Of a stretch of 64,000 bases of DNA, positions 9,284-19,329 are shown piece after piece. The stretch is from positions 2,080,001 to 2,144,000 of the forward strand of contig OY970359.1 in the NCBI GenBank assembly GCA_963718665.1, written 5' to 3'. Under the pieces are notes generated by a model that had not been told where the DNA came from, searched no databases, and worked only from the letters and a program-made list of their open reading frames with translations. Each line of letters starts with the position of its first letter. Positions within the stretch are counted from its first letter, which is position 1. This stretch comes from an uncultured Phycisphaerales bacterium. GTDB lineage: Bacteria > Planctomycetota > Phycisphaerae > Sedimentisphaerales > Anaerobacaceae. Both the position numbers and the translations under genes were made by a program.

Positions 9284-11419
9284 TTATTTATAGCCGAGGT
9301 ATCCGGCTTCGGCGCAGAACAGCAGGATGTCCCTTCCCAGCGGCGCAGCATCGGATGAACCCGCCTGACCTCCTTCTACGAGAACAGAGACGGCGATTGT
9401 TCTTCCTCTCGCGTCTTTTGCGAAACCGGCGAACCAGGCGTGCTCCGGCTGCGTTGTAGAGCCGGTTTTGCCGTATAGTCGTATTCCCCGCGAAGAAAAA
9501 TTTCCTAACACAGGCGCAAATTCCCTGTTGGCGGTTCCACCCGATTCTTCCACCACGGCGTGCATCCCCTCATAAACGGTTGCCAGTGTTACGGCCGAGA
9601 TATTGAGGTTGACCGGCTCAGGTTTTGGCGAGCAGGGGTCAGCAATGAGTCGCGGCGGGAAATAAACGCCGCCTCTTGCCAAACAGGCCATCGCGTTTGC
9701 CGCCTGCAAAGGTGTTACTCTGAGGTTGCCCTGTCCGATTCCGAACCATCGTCTTTCGTCCGGCTCAAGGGGGGGGAGTTGCTCGAAACTTGTAATTGTG
9801 TCGTTTACGGGAGTGTTTGCTATCTGTCCCTGTGCCTGCCTGAACAGTCGAGTCGGGTAGTTTGGCTCCGGTGATTCGTTGCTCGATTGCGGGGGGGCAG
9901 TAACCGAATCGGGCAGGGCGGGTCGGCCATAGCCGAACCTGAAAAGCCAGCTTTGCAGAACGACAGGGTCGATTCGGTCGGCCAGATGCGAAAAATAAAC
10001 ATTGCAGCTTCCTTTTAAAGCGTTGCGGGCGGTATTCGGCCACATAGTGTCATGTCCCCAATGGTTTCTGAGATATATGAGACAGTTTGGCCAGCCCTGC
10101 GGGGCTCTATGCGAGGGGCAGCTTATTATTTCGCCCGCGGTAATTTTGCCGGATTCCATTCCCGCTACCAGAATCAGTGGTTTTACCGCTGAGCCTGGCG
10201 GATAATGCATATTTATTGCACGGTTGCGTAACGGCTCACAGGGGTCGCCGGCGAGTTTGTCATAGGTTTGCCGAGCCAGATTCAAATCGTAATTCGGCAG
10301 CGACACCAGAGCGAGAATATCGCCTGAGCCGGCGTCGATAACAACCGCCGCGATTGGAGATTTGCAGTTGGGATTTCGCGAGCAGTCGGTTATGAGCTGC
10401 TCGATTTTTTTCTGCAGTTCGATATCGATTGTCAAGCGGACGTCCCGGCCGAACTGCGCCTCTGTTTGGCGCACCAAATTGCGGTCTATGTCGTATACAA
10501 TCTCACCGCGTTTGCCCCGCAAAATCGGCTCACAAACGTATTCGATGCCGTCTTCCCGCCCGCAAAGCTCGTCGTCAAGGTAGTTGGCCAACCTGTCGTC
10601 GGCGTAAATGTCTTTGTCTTTCTGACCGGGCGGGCCTACCCAGCCGATTGTCTGCGACGCGGTTTGGCCGAAGGGATATACACGCTGACCCTTTGCTATG
10701 ACCTCCACGCCGGGGACTTTGAGAAATTCCACCCTTGCGGCAAATACTGCGTCCTCCGATTTCAATTCAACAACCGGCTGGGCTTTTTTAAGTTCAGCGA
10801 TATCGTCCACTTTGTTTATCAGCAGGAGGCGGTCACAGGGGTCGGGGAATTTATTTTCAAAATCCGCTATTGCTTCGGTGAGCGGGACATAATTAAGGTT
10901 CCGACTGTATTTTTTCAGTATGTCGGTACTGGGGCCGTTTCTGGCCCAGGCGAAAAACGTCCGCAGGTTCCATATTTTGTCGTTTATTTTTTGAAGCCGG
11001 ATGACCACGTCCTGGCGCGGCATATCGAATTGCACACATTTGTCGATTAACAGCTCGATGTCTTCCTGCCGGTCGGCGAATTGCTGCTGCAGGCCCGATG
11101 TGTTGGCGTCCAGCTCTTTCGATTTGGCGCGAAGCGATAACGCCTGGAGGACGCGTTCATCAAGATACCGGCTCAAATCATAGTTTACCGCAAGCCAGAA
11201 TTTCGGTTCATCTTCGGCGAGGATTTGCCCCTTCCTGTCGAGTATTTTTCCCCGCATTGTTCTGACCTGCTGGAACGAGCCGCTTTGAATCCGTAGCTGC
11301 GCGACCTGCTCTCTGTAAAACGATTTTGAGAGCAACTGCATATCTATCAGGCGAAGCACGCAAACGCCGAGCAAAATTGTGCCCGCGATTATCAGGATGG
11401 CCATTCGTTTTTTATACAT
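9284..11419 (-). CDS. mrdA: Class B penicillin-binding protein PBP2
   Basis: RGKILDRKG, PPGSAVK (SxxK), SCN and KTGS motifs; follows mreBCD. Confidence 0.88.
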   Translation of the reverse strand: MYKKRMAILIIAGTILLGVCVLRLIDMQLLSKSFYREQVAQLRIQSGSFQQVRTMRGKILDRKGQILAEDEPKFWLAVNYDLSRYLDERVLQALSLRAKSKELDANTSGLQQQFADRQEDIELLIDKCVQFDMPRQDVVIRLQKINDKIWNLRTFFAWARNGPSTDILKKYSRNLNYVPLTEAIADFENKFPDPCDRLLLINKVDDIAELKKAQPVVELKSEDAVFAARVEFLKVPGVEVIAKGQRVYPFGQTASQTIGWVGPPGQKDKDIYADDRLANYLDDELCGREDGIEYVCEPILRGKRGEIVYDIDRNLVRQTEAQFGRDVRLTIDIELQKKIEQLITDCSRNPNCKSPIAAVVIDAGSGDILALVSLPNYDLNLARQTYDKLAGDPCEPLRNRAINMHYPPGSAVKPLILVAGMESGKITAGEIISCPSHRAPQGWPNCLIYLRNHWGHDTMWPNTARNALKGSCNVYFSHLADRIDPVVLQSWLFRFGYGRPALPDSVTAPPQSSNESPEPNYPTRLFRQAQGQIANTPVNDTITSFEQLPPLEPDERRWFGIGQGNLRVTPLQAANAMACLARGGVYFPPRLIADPCSPKPEPVNLNISAVTLATVYEGMHAVVEESGGTANREFAPVLGNFSSRGIRLYGKTGSTTQPEHAWFAGFAKDARGRTIAVSVLVEGGQAGSSDAAPLGRDILLFCAEAGYLGYK

Positions 11420-11458
11420 AGATGACGTTTAAAATATGTCGAGAGATTCAAGGCGGGA

Positions 11459-11962
11459 TTATTTTCGCCCGCGACGCCTATTTTTTATAGGCATCAGCCA
11501 GTCCAAAAACAAGAATAAAACGGGTCCCAGCACCGCCGAATAAATCGATGTTCCGATTAAAGCGATGAAGCCGCCGGGTCTCGATGTTTGACCGGCGACG
11601 CGTGCCAGCAGCCAGGCCAGGATTGCCGTGCCAAGCCCGACGACGAATATGGTAATCGCCTCGTGGGGCACTTTTTTGATGGATATCAGCCGGTGCAGAT
11701 ACGACAGGCCTGTTCCGAACAGCCCAAAACTGATTATCAGGGGGCCTATAGAGAATCCGGTTGCGGCGATGTCGGCCGCGAAGCCGAGCACAAACGAGCT
11801 GATAATCGATTCTTTTTCGTTACAGCGGACGGCGAAAAAGACCATCGCAATTAAAAGCAGGTCCGGTGTTACGCGGAGGTCCGTTACCGCGATTGTGTTG
11901 ATCCAGCTTTTCTGCAGAAGTGTGGCAATCAGAACCAATACCGCAAAACGCGGCCAGTGCAT
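11459..11962 (-). CDS. mreD: Rod shape-determining protein MreD
   Basis: Multi-TM protein with PDLLLI motif between mreC and mrdA. Confidence 0.85.
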   Translation of the reverse strand: MHWPRFAVLVLIATLLQKSWINTIAVTDLRVTPDLLLIAMVFFAVRCNEKESIISSFVLGFAADIAATGFSIGPLIISFGLFGTGLSYLHRLISIKKVPHEAITIFVVGLGTAILAWLLARVAGQTSRPGGFIALIGTSIYSAVLGPVLFLFLDWLMPIKNRRRGRK

Positions 11963-12019
11963 CTTATTTCTCCAGGGTGATATAAAGAAAACCAATTGGC
12001 AGAGCAAGGAGTCGCATAT

Positions 12020-12871
12020 TTATTTTCCGCCGGATGTTTTGGCGTTCTCGGCCCGAGTCAGATTGCCGGAGCTCTGCGGGTTCATTATTATTACCGCCAC
12101 GTTGTTAAGCTTTGTAATATCGCAACTCGGTTTTACGGTGATATCCCACAGCGCCGGGTTTTTGCTGTCTCTTTTGCACTGCTGTATCTCGCCGACAACC
12201 ATGGCGGAATCCAGAAATCCTGGTTTTTTACGCAGCATCACCGGCTCGCCGACCTTGATTTGGTGTTTTACCGGCACCATTTTTATTTTCGCCGAGTTAT
12301 TGCCGGCTCCCTGCATCAGCATATTTGTTTCAATGTCAGGTATATTTACCTGGACGGTCGAGGAGGCGTCGGTGAACAGCCGGACCTTGGCGGTGCGGCC
12401 CGACAGGTCTGATATGGTCCCGATGACGCTGTTGTCGCCTATGACGAACATATCTTTGCACACACCGTCGTCTTTTCCGCGGTTGATAATCAGCTCGCTT
12501 CGCAGTCCTGATACAGACGCGATGATAATATCCGCAGGCACTAATTTGGCGCCTTCGAGGTCGCGCAATCTCGTGCGCAAGCCCGACAACTGCTGAATCG
12601 TCTGGTTTTTCTGGAGCAATTCCGCTTCAAGATTTGCAATATAGTTTTGATACTGTGATTCTTTTTTTTCGGCATCATCTTTGAGCGGAAGCTCGGTTTT
12701 GGCCGAGAGAGGCATCTGCCTGCCTGCGCTCAGCGGCCAACGGAAAAGACGCGCAAAGGCGAACTGGAACTTACTTGTGATTCCAAGCGGAGAAAACAAA
12801 AGGATTAACCCGCCCAGCATAAACCAGGCGAACAACATCCTGCTGGAGATTCTGATTCGCTTCCCTGCCAT
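12020..12871 (-). CDS. mreC: Rod shape-determining protein MreC
   Basis: TM, coiled coil, IINRGKDDGV and VIGTI motifs; follows mreB. Confidence 0.88.
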   Translation of the reverse strand: MAGKRIRISSRMLFAWFMLGGLILLFSPLGITSKFQFAFARLFRWPLSAGRQMPLSAKTELPLKDDAEKKESQYQNYIANLEAELLQKNQTIQQLSGLRTRLRDLEGAKLVPADIIIASVSGLRSELIINRGKDDGVCKDMFVIGDNSVIGTISDLSGRTAKVRLFTDASSTVQVNIPDIETNMLMQGAGNNSAKIKMVPVKHQIKVGEPVMLRKKPGFLDSAMVVGEIQQCKRDSKNPALWDITVKPSCDITKLNNVAVIIMNPQSSGNLTRAENAKTSGGK

Positions 12872-12913
12872 AACTAAATTTACAAATTCTGGTTATTACA
12901 GCATCCTGTGCCG

Positions 12914-13969
12914 TTACCAGCCGGAGTCGGAATGCTCCATTGTGTCCTTCCACAACTCCAGGTTCTCCAGGTAAACACTCGTGCCCCGCGCCACCGCCGT
13001 CAGCGGGTCTTCGACGCGAATTACCTTTAAGCCCGTGGCGTTTGCCAATACCGTATCCATTCCTCGTAGGAGTGCCCCGCCGCCGCAGATGTGAATTCCA
13101 TTTTCGATGAGGTCCGCGGCTAATTCAGGGTCTGCCTTTTCGAGTGTCCTTGTTACCGCGTCAATAATGGCAGCCACCGGCTCCTTCAGCGCCTCGCGAA
13201 TTTCTTCGCTTGTGATAACAATTTTCCTCGGAAGCCCTGAAATGGTGTCTCTTCCTGAGACCTCCATAGTCAGCTCTTCTTCAAGCGGCACCGCTGAGCC
13301 GATTTGTATCTTTACCTTTTCCGCTCTCGGTTCGCCGACGAGCAGGTTGTATGTTCGTTTGAGATGATTGATAACCGCCTCATCCATATCGTCGCCGCCT
13401 ACGCGGATTGATTCACAGGTAGCAATATCCGCCAAGCTCATAATTGCGACTTCGGTTGTACCACCGCCGGTATCGACAATCATCGAGGCCGTCGGGTCGG
13501 TAATCGGAAGCCCCGCTCCGATGCCCGCCGCCATTGGTTCGTCAACAAGATATACTTTTCGTGCGCCTGCTCGTTCGGCGCTGTCGATAACCGCTCTTCG
13601 CTCGACCGCGGTAATTCCGCTTGGTACGGCTATAACCACACGGGGCCTTATGAGATTGCCCCTGCCGTGAACCTTGCGGATAAAATAGCTTAGCATTGCC
13701 TCGGTGATTTCGAAATCGCTGATTACGCCGTCTTTGAGGGGTCGAATTGCGCTGATTGAGCCGGGGGTTTTGCCTAACATTTCGCGAGCGATGAGTCCGA
13801 CCGCTTCGCCGTTGTTGAGGACCTGGTTGGTTCCTTTGCGGACCGCGACGACCGAGGGTTCATTGAGAACTATTCCCTTGCCGCGGACACAAACCAGTGT
13901 ATTACAGGTACCGAGGTCGATACCCATATCCATGCTGAACCTGCCCAATATAGTGTCTATAAACTTCAT
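12914..13969 (-). CDS. mreB: Actin-like protein MreB
   Basis: GIDLGTCNT, NEPSVVA, RPLKDGVI, EPMAAGIG, DTGGGTTE and GGGALLRG motifs. Confidence 0.97.
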   Translation of the reverse strand: MKFIDTILGRFSMDMGIDLGTCNTLVCVRGKGIVLNEPSVVAVRKGTNQVLNNGEAVGLIAREMLGKTPGSISAIRPLKDGVISDFEITEAMLSYFIRKVHGRGNLIRPRVVIAVPSGITAVERRAVIDSAERAGARKVYLVDEPMAAGIGAGLPITDPTASMIVDTGGGTTEVAIMSLADIATCESIRVGGDDMDEAVINHLKRTYNLLVGEPRAEKVKIQIGSAVPLEEELTMEVSGRDTISGLPRKIVITSEEIREALKEPVAAIIDAVTRTLEKADPELAADLIENGIHICGGGALLRGMDTVLANATGLKVIRVEDPLTAVARGTSVYLENLELWKDTMEHSDSGW

Positions 13970-14053
13970 CGAGTCCGTTCTCAATATATAAAAATGCCCG
14001 GTTTACCCGGGCACATTATATCGCATCCTGCCTGCCGGCTCAACAAGGAAATT

Positions 14054-14212
14054 TTATGGAATTGTAAATAGCGTGTTGTAGTCGAAATAGCACTTTACAG
14101 CGACAAATGCCGCCGTGGCCAGCACTGCGCCGAACGCCACCGCCAGTATGACTGTGTAAAGATTGCTCATTGCCTCTGGTTTCGTGCCGCGTATTGGTGC
14201 TTCAGGACTCAT
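14054..14212 (-). CDS. Small single-TM hypothetical protein (52 aa)
   Basis: Manual translation MSPEAPIRGTKPEAMSNLYTVILAVAFGAVLATAAFVAVKCYFDYNTLFTIP; GAGGA SD; below the ORF-track cutoff. Confidence 0.6.
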   Translation of the reverse strand: MSPEAPIRGTKPEAMSNLYTVILAVAFGAVLATAAFVAVKCYFDYNTLFTIP

Positions 14213-14242
14213 ATCCAATCCTCAATAAGCTTATCTCAAACC

Positions 14243-15115
14243 TTACAGGTTGGTCGAGGCGTTGTCACCTACTTTTGGCGGCTGCTGAACCAACTCAAGG
14301 ACGCCGACAGCCCTTTCGGTATCCACATTCACAATGAGAACGTCGCAGATGAAATCGTCACCGCGTGTAACGTGGAACTTCATTCCCTCTTTTACGCCGT
14401 CCGCCGAGCCGATTGATATTGTGGCCAGCGAATTCTTGGCATCAACCTCAGAAATTTGCGCCTTGAGGTTTATCGTTTCGTTTGTGGACTGCGCGGGCAG
14501 GGCATTGCCTTTTTCCTGTGTTACGGGTGCGCCTGCCGCCGCGACCTTGCCGCCGGTCTGGATAATCTTGTCCAAACGGTTCTGCAAGTCCGCTTTCTCT
14601 TCAATAAGCCGACGTTTTTCGGCCTCAGCCGCATCTATTAACGCGTTCTTTTCAACAACTGCTGCGCTGGTTTGGTCCAACTCTTTGCTGAGTTTTATTT
14701 GTTCGGCTTTTAACTGTTTGACATCTTCCTGGGCTGTGCTGAGCAACTGCGTCTGCTTGTCGGTGGTTGCCTGGAAATCTTTTGTGATACTTGCCCAACT
14801 GTTGACTCTTTCGAAAAGCTCGGCTTTTTCTCTTTCGATACTGGTAATCTTCGTCTGCAGGTCGTCTGCCTTGGTCTTCAGCGACGCAACCTGGCTGTCC
14901 AGCGACTTCTCAAGGTCGTCTTTTTGCTGAATTTTTTCCTTGAGCTGATTGTTCAAACTTGCCTTTTCCTGTTCGAGCGCAGCGCGGTCGGAACTAAGCT
15001 TGGAGCACTTTTCTTTGTAGTTATTCGCGTTGGCGATGTATGTTACCACAATGCCGCACAGAAAGATTGCTGATATAGTCAATAGAACTATGAGTATCTT
15101 AGTAAGATTGCTCAA
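14243..15115 (-). CDS. Membrane-anchored long coiled-coil protein with C-terminal beta domain
   Basis: N-terminal TM, heptad-rich middle region, C-terminal ISIGSADGVKEGMKF; AGGAG SD. Confidence 0.85.
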   Translation of the reverse strand: MSNLTKILIVLLTISAIFLCGIVVTYIANANNYKEKCSKLSSDRAALEQEKASLNNQLKEKIQQKDDLEKSLDSQVASLKTKADDLQTKITSIEREKAELFERVNSWASITKDFQATTDKQTQLLSTAQEDVKQLKAEQIKLSKELDQTSAAVVEKNALIDAAEAEKRRLIEEKADLQNRLDKIIQTGGKVAAAGAPVTQEKGNALPAQSTNETINLKAQISEVDAKNSLATISIGSADGVKEGMKFHVTRGDDFICDVLIVNVDTERAVGVLELVQQPPKVGDNASTNL

Positions 15116-15267
15116 GATTAGCTCCTTTCACACCAGTTTTACTAAATTCATATCGAGGGATTATACCTTGCTCCCCAATACCTTACAACATCTTATATTT
15201 TACGTTTTTTAGCGCTTTACGTCAAGTTAATTTTGTTAAAATAGGGTATTCTGCTTAGGAGTCATTT

Positions 15268-16308
15268 TTACCGTCCCATATTGTTCTTTTGGGCACATTG
15301 AAAAACCGCCTTAGCAGCGGCAATTCGGGCAAACTGGGAATCGCTTTTCAGCAATTCGGGCAGGAACTTTTTGAGGGTTGGCGTCCTGATTTGGCCTATT
15401 GCCATGGCCGCCAGCGTCTGAATTCGTGCCTTTGTTTCCTGGTCTGTTGCGGCTGAAACATCGTGCGTCAGCGCGTTTGCCACTATCTTTTCGCCCGCGG
15501 TGTCGCCCAGATAGCCAAGCTGTTCGGCCGCCACAAGACGAACCTCAGGCAGGTCATCTTTCAGCATCGTCAAAAGCGAATCTTTTGCCCGTGATGTTGC
15601 CAGCGCTCCCATTGCCCGGATGCCGAAGACGCGGTCGTCGGCGTATGCGCTTATGAGTGTTGCCCAAAGTTTCTGATATATTTTTTCGTCTCCTAACCGG
15701 GCTATCGCCTCAATGGCGTTCAGCCGAACCCTGTCATCAGATGCCTCATCATGAATCAGTTGGTAGAGCAATGGCAGGGCGTCCTTATCTCCGATTTTAC
15801 CAAGCAGAAAGGCGGCATTTGCCCGTACGAGCTGATCGTTGCCGGCTAAAGCCGCGTGGATTTGCTGGATGTATGATTTTGAGCCGCCCAGCATCACCAT
15901 TGCATAATCGGCGGCCAGGCGAACATTTTCATCGTTGTCTTTGAGCAGTTGCGCGACGTCGTTTTTGCCGGCCGAGTATTTAGCGTCCCCGATTGCCACC
16001 GCCGCGGCAAACCTGATAAGGATAAGCTCGTCCTTTGTTAACCGCTGGACGCCCGCCATAAACTGCTGATTATTCGTTCCGGCTGCCATCTCGATTGCAT
16101 TGACCCTGACCTGCGGGTTGCTGCTGGAAAGCCCCTCCAGAATAATTTTTGCCGCCTCGGTTTTGAGGTCATTGTTTGCGGAATTGTCGGCACTGACGCC
16201 GGCGGTTTGCTGTTTTTCAGAGTCGGTCTCGCAACCGACAAAAGCAATCAGGGCGAGTATGACAGATACGAAAATAATATTATTTTTTGCCGGATGTTTC
16301 TTTGCCAT
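15268..16308 (-). CDS. HEAT-repeat lipoprotein
   Basis: Lipobox FVGC; repeated VRxxAAxxLG HEAT units. Confidence 0.85.
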   Translation of the reverse strand: MAKKHPAKNNIIFVSVILALIAFVGCETDSEKQQTAGVSADNSANNDLKTEAAKIILEGLSSSNPQVRVNAIEMAAGTNNQQFMAGVQRLTKDELILIRFAAAVAIGDAKYSAGKNDVAQLLKDNDENVRLAADYAMVMLGGSKSYIQQIHAALAGNDQLVRANAAFLLGKIGDKDALPLLYQLIHDEASDDRVRLNAIEAIARLGDEKIYQKLWATLISAYADDRVFGIRAMGALATSRAKDSLLTMLKDDLPEVRLVAAEQLGYLGDTAGEKIVANALTHDVSAATDQETKARIQTLAAMAIGQIRTPTLKKFLPELLKSDSQFARIAAAKAVFQCAQKNNMGR

Positions 16309-18061
16309 TCAGGTTACTCCTTTTTTCGCATTTGGTTCGTTGTTTGAGACCGAGTCGCTCGATAATTATCTCTATTATGATTAAAACGAGACACAACTGA
16401 CAAGTAAAATCCAGCCACGGACCGTGTTTGCTGAAAAACGTGGTCCTCGCGTCAATCGGCACTATATCGGCAAACCAGCCCTTTACGCCTTGGCGGTCGA
16501 ACGCTTTTTGCGGAAGATTTCCGGCGGCGTAGCCGTTTTTAATCCGGCCAAGGGTGTCAATCATACAGCTTATCCCTGTGTTGACGCTTCGCAGCACCGC
16601 TAACCGGTTCTCCACCGCCCGAAAAGCGCAAATCGCCGCGTGCTGTGAAAGCTCGGTGGCGGGCAGGACTTTGCCGTTTTCGAATCGCACAAACCACCCG
16701 TCGTTGCTTATGTTCACAAGCCAGTCGATTTGCTTTTGGCCTTTCTCATCCAGTGCGAATTTTCTCGCCATAACGGGCACCGCGTCCTCGTAGCAAATCA
16801 TTACGCTGAATCTGTATTTGCGGTTCGTATTCGGCGTCTGCATATCAAACACCGTGTATTGCGTGCCCGGGTCAATCGTATAATCGAAATCGTAAGGCGA
16901 CATTGTCAGGAACAGCTTGTGAACCAGCGGAATATTTGAAAAGGGGAGCATCTCGCCGAAGGGCACGAGATATATTTTCGAGTACTTTTGAGGCGCCTGG
17001 CTGCCGTCGGGCTTATACAAAAAAGCGGAGTTAAATTTCTGCGCAAGCCGGATGTTATTTGCGTCGTATCGTGGTGTGGCGTCGTATGCTCCGGCCAGAA
17101 TGTACGCTCCCTTTTTCGCGTGCTCGCGGATTGTTTCATCGAATAACTTATAGGGATGGTCATCAACCAAGAGACGCAAAATCTGCGGGTTCAATATCGA
17201 CTGCACCATTGTCTCGGGCCAGACGACAAGTTTTGCGTTTGCCGAGATACACTGGCTGCTTTGCTCCAGCAGCTCATTGAAAATCTGTTCTTCCGCGACA
17301 AACGATTTCTTGACGGATATCGGGATGTTTGTCTGCACCGCCCCAATTAACGGCCCCTGTGTGACGAATTGAGCCGACTGGTTTATTCGCCAGTGACCAT
17401 AAACGATAGTTCCGGCGATTGCCGCGGCAACGATTAAAATTGAGAATTTAGAATTGAGAATGTAGAAACGCCCCCAGGATCCGATTGGTTTTTTTTCTGA
17501 ATTCTGAATTCTAAATTCTAAATTCTTGGCTGAGATTATTATATCAGCTAACAACCCATTAACCATCGCTACCAGGAACGAAACGCCCGCTGCGCCGAAT
17601 ATGTCGGCTATCTGGATTAGAGTGGTATTTGCGTATTGGCTGTGAGCGAGATAATTCCAGTAGAAGCCGCCTAAGAAAAGCCCCTGCATTTGCTCGATAC
17701 CCACAATAAGGACGGGTACGGCGATGAAAAGCGGGAATTGTTTCTTAATGCACCATCGCAAAGATAACGCCAGTAAAGGCCAAAGCAGGGCGGTATAAAG
17801 GCAAAATGCAATCCAGCCCACGACTGTTACAAAGCTCATCCAGTATATATTGCCGAGCCAGTAACAGGTCGCGACAGCAAAGGCGGTCAGATAAAGCTTG
17901 GACGGCTTAGTTTCAAAGAAGCAAACAAGAATAAACGGCACATACGCCACCCATGCCAATGGCCACCAGCCAATCGGCTGCTGCGCCAGCGTCAACATTA
18001 TCGCTGTCGCAGCAAACGCGGCGAAAAGACACAAAATCTCTTTCGTTTTTTGGATGCTCAA
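16280..18061 (-). CDS. lnt: Apolipoprotein N-acyltransferase
   Basis: VWPET, YSKIYLVPFGE, ICYED, NISNDGWF, RAVENR and NTGIS motifs. Confidence 0.95.
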   Translation of the reverse strand: MSIQKTKEILCLFAAFAATAIMLTLAQQPIGWWPLAWVAYVPFILVCFFETKPSKLYLTAFAVATCYWLGNIYWMSFVTVVGWIAFCLYTALLWPLLALSLRWCIKKQFPLFIAVPVLIVGIEQMQGLFLGGFYWNYLAHSQYANTTLIQIADIFGAAGVSFLVAMVNGLLADIIISAKNLEFRIQNSEKKPIGSWGRFYILNSKFSILIVAAAIAGTIVYGHWRINQSAQFVTQGPLIGAVQTNIPISVKKSFVAEEQIFNELLEQSSQCISANAKLVVWPETMVQSILNPQILRLLVDDHPYKLFDETIREHAKKGAYILAGAYDATPRYDANNIRLAQKFNSAFLYKPDGSQAPQKYSKIYLVPFGEMLPFSNIPLVHKLFLTMSPYDFDYTIDPGTQYTVFDMQTPNTNRKYRFSVMICYEDAVPVMARKFALDEKGQKQIDWLVNISNDGWFVRFENGKVLPATELSQHAAICAFRAVENRLAVLRSVNTGISCMIDTLGRIKNGYAAGNLPQKAFDRQGVKGWFADIVPIDARTTFFSKHGPWLDFTCQLCLVLIIIEIIIERLGLKQRTKCEKRSNLNGKETSGKK

Positions 18062-19008
18062 TCCATTATGCCTTTCAAGGCAGTCACTATCTCCGAAGAG
18101 ACATACTGTTTTTGATTGTTCATTCGGATGGCAAACTGGTTTGTGAAAAGTTCGAGCAAATCTTTATCAGACAGTACCTGTTTTGGTGAGTATCCGATAT
18201 CCGGTATAAGCCGTTTTAATTCGCCTATTTCGACTATATTCAATTTGTGTTCTTTTTCATTATTCACGCGGGTATCGAGTTGTGCCAGTCGTTGCCTTGC
18301 TTTTTTGACGTAATCGGCGGAGATTTCGATTCCCACGTAGTTTCTCCGCAGTTTTCTCGCTGCGACCGCTGTTGTTCCTGAGCCGACGAACGGGTCGAGA
18401 ACGCAGTCGCCGGCGTTTGAGCTTGCTGCGATGATTCTCATCAGCAACTGTTCAGGCATCTGGCAGGGGTGCCAGCCGGTTCGCTCTTTGAATGTCCCGC
18501 ATACCCGCGAGTCCTCCCATACGTCGTCGGGGATCTTACCCGCCGGGTTAGCTCGCCTATCGTCATAAATCAACTGCCGGTCCGACGGGACTCGCACGGC
18601 GTGGTCGTTGAATGTGAAGTTTTTCGGATTATTCACAAAGTAAAATATATGCGTATGCGAGCGGGCGAACTTGTCTTTTGTCTGCTGGCCAAAGGTGTAG
18701 TGCCAGATTATCCAGTTGCGCATTACAAGGGCCAGTTCATCGGTGATGACCTTCACATTCGCAGCGTAGTCATCGCCTATGGCGATATAAAACGAACCGG
18801 TTGGCTTTAAGACCCTTTTGCACGCGGTCATCCAGTCCTTTGTCCACGCGATGTAGTTATTGCGTTCGACCTTGTCGTGATATTTATCGTATTTGTATCC
18901 GATATTGAAAGGCGGGTCTGCGAATATCAAATCCGCGAATGGTTCGCTGACTTTATTTAGCACATCGATACAATCGCCGCAAATTATCTTATTCAATAAT
19001 TCCTGCAT
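18058..19008 (-). CDS. N4/N6 DNA methyltransferase, beta class, orphan
   Basis: FADPPFN catalytic motif precedes HPCQMP and DPFVGSGTT SAM-binding motif. Confidence 0.92.
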   Translation of the reverse strand: MQELLNKIICGDCIDVLNKVSEPFADLIFADPPFNIGYKYDKYHDKVERNNYIAWTKDWMTACKRVLKPTGSFYIAIGDDYAANVKVITDELALVMRNWIIWHYTFGQQTKDKFARSHTHIFYFVNNPKNFTFNDHAVRVPSDRQLIYDDRRANPAGKIPDDVWEDSRVCGTFKERTGWHPCQMPEQLLMRIIAASSNAGDCVLDPFVGSGTTAVAARKLRRNYVGIEISADYVKKARQRLAQLDTRVNNEKEHKLNIVEIGELKRLIPDIGYSPKQVLSDKDLLELFTNQFAIRMNNQKQYVSSEIVTALKGIMD

Positions 19009-19329
19009 ACGGACACATTGTAACTCAAAACCCTGTTCTTGCAAGCTTACCCTCGAATGTCTTAATCGGGGGTTTTAAGCAGGGGTCAAAACTTAAAACT
19101 TTCGGCATTGTTATTGACCAGAAGAGTAACGACCCGGAGGTGTGGACTATCACACGGCGGAAAAATGGCGTGGTTGGGTTAAAAAAAGAAACCCGCCTTC
19201 GTTGGCCCTCCGTCGAACTATGCGCTATGTAGGGCAGGTACTACGGCGGATGAACCCCCAAGCCCTGTTGATTGGGGATTGGGGATTAATCGCGAATCGA
19301 TTTAGGTATTCGTAAGCCGGCTTATTTTA

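Noticed and set aside
18058..19008. Restriction-modification system
   Set aside because: No nuclease or specificity subunit gene is adjacent.
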